Of a stretch of DNA of 64,000 nt, positions 48,936 through 60,168 are shown piece by piece. Source of the DNA: Tubiluchus corallicola (lineage: Eukaryota; Animalia; Priapulida). The notes under the pieces were generated by a model. It was not told where the DNA came from, did not search any database, and was given only the letters and a program-made list of their open reading frames with translations. The translations under genes were made by a program, and so were the position numbers. The DNA is taken from contig JAQGDQ010000615.1 of the NCBI GenBank assembly GCA_030141605.1, positions 1 to 64,000 on the forward strand, written 5' to 3'. Positions within the stretch are counted from its first letter, which is position 1, and each line of letters opens with the position of its first letter.

Positions 48936-51509
48936 TCTATGAGAGTGAGCATAAATTGTACAGCCATCACAATGGCACCGACTAACAACAACACATCGTC
49001 ATCACGACTCTGAGTAATGGAGCCACCCCTTGCCAGGGGAATCTGCAAGTTAAAAGGGAGGCATTGATCAGTAAATGCTTTTATATTCACTGAAAAATAT
49101 ATACGTTACAAAAAGAAAGAAAGAAAGAAAGATGTATTTAGTTAAACTCACCTGATGATCGTCAAACAAAGAGCTTCGACAGGTGGTCACTTTCAAACTT
49201 TTGATGTTATATATCACCTCGTTTTCGATGGTGTCTTGATTAGACAAAACAGTAGCATTATTCGAAGTCATGACGATCTCTTTGAATGGTTTACTGTCTG
49301 ACACTGTTTCCTGTTGTCAGTGTTGCTGTGGTCAGTGATGTCGGTGTTGATGATGATGATGACGCTCCCAAAGAGCTCAATGCTAGCGATGTCGATGATG
49401 ATGATGACGGTGATACCGCTTTTGTAGGCTGCCTCGTTGATGATGACAGCGAACCTGACACTGAAGAGTGCTTTCTGTAAAAGGAAATTTATTTTATACA
49501 ATGACCAAAAGAGGGCGACAATAGCATCGTTAGCAATGAGAAAAAACACTGTGTAAAGTTTTCTTTATTATATATATATACCTGTTATAGTCGACGATTT
49601 TTTAAAAGATGGCGTCCAGATGCATTCGACCTATTCTTTTTGTAATCAATGATACATTTATAGTATAGAGAATAAGAGACATTATTATTATTATTTAAGG
49701 TAGAGTACAGTCTTACGCTGTAAAGAGTTTGGTGGTCTTCATAATGAATAAAATTTCTATTTTCTACTAAGTACCTTTCTAATTTTCTGTCAAGCTCAAC
49801 AAAATCATAATCAGCTTTCTTTGTATTAATACTAAGAGATCATACGAGCATTTACACGAACAATAGTAAAGTTTTACATTTAAAAATTATACTCGCTCGC
49901 TATTGAGATTTCCACGATGGGGTAATCATGAAAATTGATACTTACAGCTATTACTCGGATTGGAGATTATCGGACGTTCTCTCACAATCAATTATCCCAA
50001 TCCGAGATTAACCATCCACAATGGGCTTTTACGCTATGCTATACCATAGCTACTCTAATAATATGTATCTCCTCTGGTAATGCTAACAAAAATTGTCGAA
50101 GAATATGAATTAATACGGTGAATATTATAATTTGCTGTTAATTCATCGCTAAAAGTGTTTACTTACTTTGATTAGCTGTTTAAAAGAAATTATCGAAGAA
50201 TACAACAAATATTATTATTATTATTATTAAGGGTGCACTTTCACACAATCAGTTGAGGATTGCATTTCACGAATTAGCAAAGCAACTAGCTTTCCAATAA
50301 TGCGAATATTAAATTATGGCTCTCACTTACCGTCTTTGAAAGACAATGAGAAAGATGCCGGCGAGCTGGCTTTCTTGACAATGTTCTAAATTATCAAAGA
50401 AAATGACACTCTAAAATCGTTCTATTGTTCTATCCTGTTTTAAAGCATTAAAATTTTTATACACAATTCTTCAACGTCCTCCTTTTCTTGTCTAGAAATT
50501 GATGTTCTAAAATCAATCGCATTTTAAAGCATTAAAATTTCATACTCACCCAGAGGAGATGTTTGCCAAGTCGTAGTGCACGTTACAACACGTCAGTCTT
50601 GACTGTTATTCTTAGACAAAATCCCCACTTAGCTAAGCGACTCGGAAGAGTGGTGTTCAAATTTTGCATTGACGAATTAAAAGGCTGCCATTCATTTACA
50701 ATACCGTGGGGAAAACTTTTGGACTTAATCTGCTCATAGTCACATGACTTGCAAGAGTGGCTTTCTATGGTGTATTATCGAAACAAAAGACTGTCCTTCA
50801 GTTTCAATTCTGTGGGAAAACTTTTCGGCGGGAAAAATTTCTGCATAATAACCATTAATATATTTCTTTGTAAAAAAACACTACGTTATTGGGACGTAAT
50901 AACGAGATTAGGTGAGACCATTTGGGCGAGAAAAAAATCCCTTCTAATTGTAATTTAAGTAGGGGTCGTTTGCTATTTTTTCAAATAAAAGAGTTGTTTC
51001 CGCGAATGAAAAAGACCATACGTGCTCATTTGCAGTACCAGCACTGTGGACGCTCTCAAATTTCGAGTAAGTGTAACTTTCTTATTCTTTACAGATACGA
51101 ATCGAAAACTGTACACATAAAATTTCTTTAGTGTGTTTTAGTTTTATAATGACACTTTATTGCTTTTTCAATAGCCTTCATTATTTTCTTACAGAATTTG
51201 ACTTTCTTTAAAGTCGGAGAAATTAGTCGTGAAGTTTGGAGAAATTACATCATAATTTGTGTAAGTGAAATTTTCTTTTACTGACGGGAATTGAAGTTTG
51301 TACACTTTTATGTTGAGACTCGTCAATTACGTTATCGCTTATCCCTTAAAAGTAAATATAATGCTTTGAAATGCTTAAGCTATTATCTCTTATCTACGAA
51401 AAAATTAGGTCGATGCTCTGACGAAAAAAGACACTTTCACTTAATGCATAAGCTATAACCACGTCGTTTAAATGATCGATATTCATTATTTTTTACAGAA
51501 ATTGACCAA

Positions 51510-51968
51510 ATGCGATTGTTATGCATATTTGGAGAATTTACAGATGCTCGTATTTTCCAGGCTCGGCTGTATCTTAGAAGAGCCTACCTCTATCGTGCAC
51601 GCACCCTCGTCATGGAGCCGGACCCGGAACGCATTTTTAAAGCAAAAGTGGTAGTGAAAAAATTAGACATTGCCACCTGCGATATATGTGGCCGACTTTT
51701 TCAAAGCATGACGGCGATGCTACGCCACATTACAAACGTTCATTGTGCTCACGACAAAGAGCGTCTTTGTCACGTGTGTGGGGATATGTTCATGACCGAA
51801 TGTGGCTTACGGGCTCATCTCATGTGAAAACACCAATGAGAACAGCAGCAGCAGCAACAAAATGGTAACGAAGATAATACAAAGCCGTTTTTGTGTGAAC
51901 AATGCGGTGACCTCTTTCGTACTTTAGTGGGTTTAAAGAGGCACGCCACATTTAAACATCGCGAGTGA
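51510..51968 (+). pseudogene. Three-finger C2H2 zinc-finger gene with two in-frame TGA stops
   Basis: CDICGRLFQSMTAMLRHITNVH, CHVCGDMFMTECGLRAHLM*KH, CEQCGDLFRTLVGLKRHATFKH. Preceded by a TTTTTTACAG acceptor at ~51498. Confidence 0.8.
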
Positions 51969-53051
51969 TGGGAGTTCATGCAAAAAACTGGTTTTGGATT
52001 CACGGATGCTAATGGCTTTATTGGGTGTAATGGACGTATCCATATCTAGTCTAGATAAAGGTAAAATTTTAAAAATTGTATTGTAACTTAAAAATGGGAA
52101 AATATGGATAAAGGAACATTCTATCTATTTAATGTCGAAAGTATGCATGTAAATGAATCTCCACTTGTCAAAAAGAAATCTTTCAGTATGATAGGGCTAA
52201 TGCAACTCGTATTCACCGATGCTAATTGACTGCATACACACTCTCAAATAGTCACATCAATTATCCAATTAACTAGCCGGGTGTCGTATCCTGTAGTGTA
52301 GTGTATGTAAACGTGCAAGTCAATTATCAGATTAAGCCCTCATTATCTAGCTACGTACTGGAGTCAATTACCGGATTAGGCAATTATCTAGGGTAGACTC
52401 GTGCGCGCCTTCTCGCCTGATCGGATGAGTGCATTTACCACGGCGGGGGTGTTCTTTGTAGGTGTTCCCTAATTCGTAAAACACCCCCCGGAAAAGTTGC
52501 AGGAGTCCTAACCGTCACTCCTAATCCTTAAATCTTTGCTCTAATCGCCTAATTGGTCACTTAACTATCAAAAACAATAGAACCGGGTCAGAGGTCGCGG
52601 TCAGGGGTCACGGTCCCCAGCAGAAGGGGGCGTGGCCTAACGGTCAGTAATGTAACATTAGACACTACTACTGTCACTATCTGTTAACATCTCTTGCGAT
52701 AAGTGATCTACTATATGGAATAGTCATGTTGATTTGGTCATTTGGCTGCACACTAGGAAATATTGGTAGTTGTGTCAATATGTACATGTTAACAGCAGAC
52801 TATTATTTTGCTACTTGCACTCTGTACAACATGCGTGCAATAGCACTAGAACGCTATGTGGCTGTTATGAGACCGCTGCAGTATGCACAGCTAGTCACTA
52901 GAACAAGAACATATTGGACAATATTAGCTGTGTGGTTGTTGAGTTTGTCAGTTCAGCTGACAAATATTTCTCATAATGTCGGTTATATTTCACGTTACAC
53001 CAGTTATAATATCACTGATTGTGTACCTTAGAATATGGCAAGAAGCAATCA

Positions 53052-55500
53052 GACAAAAAGGCAGTATGTAAGTGGCATAAAATTTCAAGACGAATTTGTA
53101 TGTTTTATGTTTCTTGTGCTTTAAAGCGAACTAGACCTACGGATTTTTTCTTCAGCTGCTTCTACGCCGTTGTAAGAAAGTACTTAAATTTTAAATATTT
53201 AATTTTTATTTTTATTCTTCTGATCCTAAATAAATAAGCTTAAGTTTTTTATTTTTGGACAAAATTATGGAAAAGTCGTAGGGGTGGGAATGGGTAAACG
53301 CCAATTCCGGAAACCATTAGGCTTGCAAAAAATCTGAATAGGCCTACTACACCCTGAGATCGTTACTGGCTGGTCTCATGAATCAAAAAGTAAACAATCA
53401 GTGATGATAAACAAAAAAAGGCATTCTTGCAACCAAGGCAAATTATGAATGATGACACTTCGTGCAACAATAACGATGTTAGATGCTTAAATCAATTCAT
53501 GTCAAACACCTACAATATGGGGTCTGTGTGGAATATGTACAAATCTATACTGAATTTTTTTTTTGAAGTTTTTATTATTCGGGAATATGTTCATCCAGAG
53601 AAATATGCCTATGATGTCCAGTATGCTCCAGTCTAGTATATATTCATCTAGCTCATATTTTTCTTAAATTTGTAGAAAGTAGACGTTTAGTGCAGTCTTG
53701 GTTGTTATTTAGTGAATTTTTCAGGAGTTTTTTGACGGGCTTAAATCTCTTTTTCTCTGCGTATCCATGTGGGTGAGCGTTCCTTTTTTCGTCTTGTCTT
53801 TTTTGGAAATGATGTCTGATATACCGACGAATGAACAGTTTAAGGTAAGAGTTAACAAATGTATGTAACAAATGTGTGTAACAAATGTATGTAACAAATG
53901 TATGTAAAAGTGTAAACGTTTGATTAAGAAAATGTTCGCAATTTTAGTCAAGTAATAGAAATAATAACGTTCAATAATTTTAATTCTATTTCGTCAATGT
54001 GACATTGACTTTCATCACTGTGTGGTATGATATGAGCTTGCACATGTTTTATGCTTATTACCCGTGAGACTGTACCGTTATTTCCCAAAAATTAGCCACT
54101 CTACGAATATAGCCTTGTGGCGCCATCTTTGAGCCGTGAATTGAGTTATGTCGATTAACTTGTTGCCTTCACACTTTTAAATTCAGACAATGTTATTTTT
54201 AGCTTTACCAAAGCGAGTACAAGGACGAAAAGTGGCCAGAAAATTTGTTTCATAATGAAGAAGAAGAAAACGAAGGTACAGTAGCTTATATGCTTATTAT
54301 AGCATCTACAATCAATTTTCATAACAAAGGCAGTCGTTATTCGTGCTTATGAATCACAAGCTTAAAACAATGAGCTCTAGTGATGTTCACTTGTTCTATT
54401 CGTTTATGTGTTCAATGGTTTATTCACTGATTTGTTTGGGATAATCGCTATTGTCTTCCATTAATTTGTAAATAAATTTGGTTTGCTGAGTTGTATATTC
54501 ATTCTAAAGCTCATGTCAAAAGAATCCCGCATGACCTTTGTCTTTTAGTAATCTTAGTTTTACCTGTCCGTCATTCGTTTTAGATGATGAAAATCTTGCC
54601 ACAGAAATCGCAGAAAACAGCGAGGAAGACGACACCAGCACCCTCGTGTGGCCGCCATCGTCATTAATGGACGTGTTTTGAAATGAAGTTTCTATGCCTG
54701 AAATAATAGGCCTAGCTAAAAGAAAGCGCGTATTTTTGTAAAAGCGGTATAAAGCAACCTCTTGTAAGAAAAATGCCTATGTTTCAAGATGTCACACAAC
54801 TGATATAAAAATGCTTAACCGGTACTGTTTGTTTATTATGCATTTAGAGGTAAACACTTGTATGCAAAAAATTAATTAAGAAAATATCTTTACTGGTTTT
54901 GCTTTTCCATTTAGAATAAAATTAAGTTTGTACTGTAGTCCGGTGCGGCATGATACATTAACCTAATGTTTTTTTTTGTATAATAAAAATGAGCCATTGC
55001 TTATATAATATGCTCACTGATTATGTGTGTTGTTGTTTTTTTGTACATTTTAGAATTTATTTATTGCTAGACATCTCTTTCCCGTTGCTATGTTAAATTT
55101 GTTTTCGTTTTTATTCAAATGACTAAAAAGAATTCCGTGTTTTACTGCAACTACTGAACTACGATGTTCTTTCCAATGCATACATGACTTTATATTACGT
55201 ACTAAACGCTTCCAGTAGTTTCTATCTGATATGAAATGCATCAGTCTTAAATTATCGTACATTAATATTTTCTAACTGTCACTTTCTACTAATGTCTAAT
55301 GTAATCTTGTAGTAAAACTTGTCAGCTTGTGTAGTTATAGTCTATTCTTACTGTAAATGTTTTTGTAAATAGTGTATAAAGTCTGTTGTGGTGAGGATCC
55401 TAAATCATGTTGTTCAAACTGTCTGATCCAATCCTAAATAAATTATGTTTAAACTAACTACGATAGCAGCAGTCATTGCTGTTATGCTGTTACTACAGAA
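53052..55500 (+). repeat. Segmental duplicate of ~34024-34230 and ~36976-38581
   Basis: 53052-53235 matches 34024-34230; 53614-55163 and 55472-55500 match 36976-38581. It includes copies of the last three exons of the putative membrane-protein gene. Confidence 0.9.
55166..55456 (+). mobile_element. Probable 5'-truncated LINE 3' end inserted into the duplicate
   Basis: Absent from the paralogous site at ~38550. Flanked by AACTACGAT direct repeats; RTKRFQ-like remnant; AATAAA near the 3' end. Confidence 0.5.
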
Positions 55501-55843
55501 GAGTTTGATCAAAGCTCATAAATAAATTGCCATGATAAAATACACACGAGCTAAATGATTTTACATTTTAGCTTTGCCTACTACTATTGAAAAACAAAAG
55601 ATACGTTAGAATCAAAAAGTTCAAGAAATTATGCAGAAAAGGTAATTTTAATTTTACGCTATGTAAATATCTAGATTTTACCTCTTTCGTTCACTTTTTT
55701 TTTAAATATTGACTTTTGTAAAATTGTTTTTCTAGTTTAGCACTATTGCCCACAACAATCTTTGACTGGTTATACATATAATATTATTTTTATGTATTTT
55801 ATCATACCTGTTAATGTGTATAACTTGTGCAATAAGGATTAAA

Positions 55844-55884
<41 letters not shown>

Positions 55885-55900
55885 TTATTTATATCTCATA

Positions 55901-56074
55901 TAGTTTAAAATCTCATTTTCTGGCCCGTAGATGTCGCCACACTTCGTGTCCTACTAGTGTGCTGTTTACAGAATTGTGTTTAAAATATATATCAAACACA
56001 ATTCTGTAAACAGCACACTGGTAGGACACGAAGTGTGGCGACATCTACGGACCAGAAAATGAGATTTTAAACTA
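55901..56074. repeat. Near-perfect 174-bp hairpin (foldback MITE-like)
   Basis: TAGTTTAAAATCTCATTTTCTGG...AATTGTGTTT, a ~12-nt AT loop, then AAACACAATT...CCAGAAAATGAGATTTTAAACTA. Confidence 0.9.
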
Positions 56075-56356
56075 GCTTATCTTTAGGTATTCTAGATTCT
56101 AAACTAGCTTCACTTTAGGTAGACTAGCTTTCCGTGAATGTGTTTATGCAGCACAGATTATAAAAATTCTGAGCTGTCCTTGTTGCTTACATGACTGAAG
56201 TGCAGAACTTTGTTTAGATTTAATATTAACCGCACCAGTACAATTCGCCCTATACGCAGCAAACGTGTAACCTTCGGAAAACTTGTTCCGCGCTCAGTAA
56301 GAAAACAGTGCTGGTCAAAAGTCCCTATACTTTAATCCATATCCGCTGCATGGCCT

Positions 56357-56364
56357 ATTTAAAT
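56357..56364 (+). promoter_or_regulatory. Candidate TATA box of the sulfotransferase gene
   Basis: TATTTAAA ~80 nt upstream of the ATG at 56440. Confidence 0.4.
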
Positions 56365-56439
56365 ACAGCCTGCAACAGCGGAATATAATCTCGTTCTCTC
56401 GTTTGTTGTGTGAGAAGTAGTGTTTCGTAATTTTATAAA

Positions 56440-59400
56440 ATGGCCGAAGAGGGGTCGGAAATATGGATGCCAAGCCATCACGACATGTTTGACAAACAGT
56501 GTGTTTTAGAAGTACCGATGGTGCCCCATATGCCACAGATACAAAACTGGTCATGCAGAGATGATGACGTATTCGTCTGTTCTTGGCCAAAGTGCGGTGA
56601 GTGCGAGTTTTAAATGAAATTGTTTGACAAGACTTCAAAATTCTCCTACGTTCTGCTATCATAATTAAGCCCCGAGCCAGCTCTAAATAGTTTGACGCTC
56701 TAGGCAAAAGTTTTTTATCACTCCCTTCCTCAGCGGTTACTATCTTCCCCCACGCACCTCCGAAATTGAATCTTTGTCGTACGTAATAAATTATGGCTAA
56801 ATATAAACTGGATTCAGATATGACTTAGGGGTGTAATTAAGTTACATTACCGCTCTGTCATTGTGATCATTCACTTATCTTCCTTACTAACCCTTTTAAA
56901 TCCTGCTTAACTAAGTACTCCAATCTCACTCATGGTACGTTTTTTGTAATGTGTTCTTTTTTACAGTAACTTTACTCTCTAGTTCTCTAATGATTCGCGA
57001 CACAGTGGCATGTTGTGAACAAGATTTTAAATAATTTTTAGACCGATAAACTAAAATGTCTTACCTTGTTCAATGTGTTTTTATTCCGTAAAATGTATTG
57101 TGTCGAGACAAAATAAACTAAACTTGAACTTGAAACCAAATAAGTAAATAATAATAATAATGATAACGATAACGATAGCGGTAACGATAGCCATAACCAT
57201 AACCATAACCATAAGCATAACCATAACCATAACGATAACGATAACAATGATAACAATGATAACAATGATAACAATGATAATAATAATGATAATGATAATA
57301 AGTTCTGCCACGGTGTCACCACACATGAAAATTATATACAGTGACAGTATAAATTAACTTTATACTTTACAGACAGGTTTTTGCAAATTTCTTTGTTATA
57401 TTTTTCGGCGTTTAAGTGATAACAGTAAAATAAACCCAACATGCTATTGTTCTTTCCTTTAAGCAGCTACTCCATCGTGTTAATAAAGCAAAATGTATTT
57501 AAGAGAGAGAAGATTTTCCTATTGGAGTTACTGGTAGATAAACCTATGAGAATCGACAGGGGAACACGGGAACCGGGAAGGCTGTTGGGGGGGGGGGGGA
57601 CATTGAACAGCAAAACGATTCACTGTTGAAGTCATTTGCAAACAGACTAGAATTTTGTGCTTGTCAAGATGAGGAAACTAGAGAAATGGGTGAGAAAAGA
57701 GGAATTGATTTTTTAAAATGTTCATATGAAAAAGTTGAGAGAAAGTCTAGCCAAGAGTTACGTACATAAAGACTGTGCAGCTTAAATTGCAGAAATTTTC
57801 ACTGCTTCTGAAGACCAATGGGGTCGTAAATTCAACTTCAAGCAACTCAGTCATTAGATAGGTAATTAGCCACACTTAGTACACTTAGAATACACGTATA
57901 AGCCTAACGCGCAGGTGCCATTATACTTTATTATATACAACAAAAATTCGATTTTTGAGGAAGAGGTGGGGCTGTGGAGAAGGGGGTGCTAAAATACTTT
58001 TTGCCTAGAGCATCAAACTACCTAGAGCCGTCCTGACTAGCCTACGTTTATTAAAGGTTTGTTAGCGCGTTTTGTATCTGACTATAGATTACTTAATACA
58101 GCTTATCAACGTGATTTTATGATATTTATTGCAAGTCTAGCATTTTTCTGTAAAATGTCTAAACTGATTCTTATTTGAACTTGATCAAAAATGTCTTTAC
58201 GTTTAAATACCATCTCGTTAACACGTGTGTGTAATTCAAAAACATGATTAATATTATGTAAGTACATTCAAGCAGCTGTAAAGAAATATTGCATTCATCT
58301 ACGCTGACAGCAATCGGAGTGTGTGATGAGCTTTTAATGGCGTCAGTCTGGTGTGAGTGTGTGTTTGTCTGTCCCCCAGTCCTCGACACAATGTGACAAC
58401 AAAAGCAAAATCGCGTGAGTGTGTGTTTGTCTGTCCCCTAGCCCTCGACACAACGTGACAACAAAACTAAAAGCCATAATCCCCATGCAATGAACAAGGA
58501 TAGCTCTGCACAAGGCTTAGAACGCTGTTTGGTTTAAGAAGTTCAAGGTCAAAATCACAAAGTGAAAAAAGTCGAAAAACTTTTGCCTAGTGACTTCACG
58601 TACGGACGTGAGTCTGCGTCTCTATTGAGTACCACTAGTTGTTTATTGAATTACCGTGTTTAATAGGTACAACTTGGGTTCAAGCCATTGTGTGGCAAAT
58701 CATGCACAATGTTGACCCTAACTGGTCAGGAATTAAACACATGGATGCAGATTTTCCCATGATGGAATTCATAGAGGCAAACGTCAATCCTGCAGGTAAG
58801 GAGTTCTTTTATTTGACTTCCTCCATTTCTGTCGACTAATTGCTTGAGGATATAGACTTAAAGAAAGGCCGGACGATTGTTTAGACTCAATCGCATTTTA
58901 ATTTACTGTTCAAAACATACATTTTCCTATCTATAAAAGTTAACAATTGTTCCTTATATTTGAATAATAGGTTTAGAAAGTTAACGGAAACTGAACACGG
59001 CTATTGCTTACGTCAGAAACTAACCACAGTTTGTGCAATGGCAGGCATCTTCCCTTGCGCGTCAAGCACGTTTGCGTGGGCGTTACAGTACTGCTTGAAC
59101 GCGTTATGTCACAAAAATGGGCTCTACGTCATATGACGTCAGAAACTAACACTGCAGTTCATAATCATAGTTATCGCGGTACTGCCTCCTATTTGTCGGC
59201 CACGCGAATGTGACAAAAAGGCGCCATTGCAAATCTTAGCAGATTCACTGAGCCGCGCATAGCTTTGAAAGTTTAACGAAATTTAAGTATCTGAGATAAT
59301 AATTATTTAATATAAGCTTTGATTTAAAAAAAACCATTATAGTTTTCAATATTTTAGAGCATTCTTTATTCTGAACTAATGTTTACACAATCATCCGGTT

Positions 59401-60115
59401 TTCCTTTTTGTCGTTAACTTAAATCAACATTTGACTTACATATTTTAAAGGCTTAGTGAATTATACCGAGTACACTTTTTAAATCTCTTGCAAATGCCAT
59501 TTACATCTACAGACGGAGAGCAGTTACTGCGCTCCAGGAACAATTACTGTAAACACAGCGCCAGTTGCAGTCTTTAGTTTCAACTACAGTTACGGTGAAA
59601 ACAATCACAATGACTACAGACGGAGAGCAGTTACTGCACTCCAGGAACAATTACTGTATACACAGCGCCAGTTATATTAAATGCAGTAACAAACAACAAT
59701 AAAGAATTGCAAGCATAAATAGTACTTTGAACTTCTGTGACTTCAGTAATAGTTACGTGCTGTTCTAGTGTTACGTAAATACTTGTACTTAATATGCAGA
59801 AATAAGAATAACTCTTTTTCAAGATCTGGATAGCTTACGTGACTGGCCTGTGGCTGATCTTAGTACTCGACCATCTCCAAGATTGATGAAGACTCACATA
59901 CCATTCCGGCTACTGTGTGACGATATACAGAAACAAAAAACAAAGGCAAAGGTATGATATATCTTCTCTTATGGAGTCGATCAGGGGAAAAATTAAGTTT
60001 TTCCCTCTTTTTTCAGCCTGGTTTTTTCATTAATTGAAAATAATTTGTTTTACTATAGCTAATTCCTAAATCAAGCAAAAAATCAATATATATATATATC
60101 TATATATATATATAG

Positions 60116-60168
<53 letters not shown>

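Larger units (their letters stand above)
46475..52669. mobile_element. Polinton/Maverick-like non-autonomous element, 6195 bp
   Basis: Perfect 21-bp inverted ends AGTAGTGTCTAATGTTACATT / AATGTAACATTAGACACTACT. Imperfect TIRs span ~46475-47289 and ~52023-52669. 6-bp TSD ACCGTC/ACTGTC. Confidence 0.85.
46354..53056 (+). pseudogene. GPCR paralog pseudogene (46354-46474 plus 52676-53056), split by the Polinton-like insertion and truncated after TM5
   Basis: MDITQYLYYVALAIIGTVTIAGNALVVLAMVKYRELRHNR rejoins in frame to HYLLTSLAISDLLYG...ALERYVAVMRPLQYAQLVTRTR once the insert and one TSD copy are removed. A frameshifting deletion follows TM4; homology ends at IWQEAIRQ. Confidence 0.9.

Noticed and set aside
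51825-51840. Selenocysteine or readthrough at the two TGA codons of the zinc-finger gene
   Set aside because: Neither TGA is at a Cys position. CGA>TGA decay is simpler, and the neighbouring genes also carry TAG/TAA stops and frameshifts.
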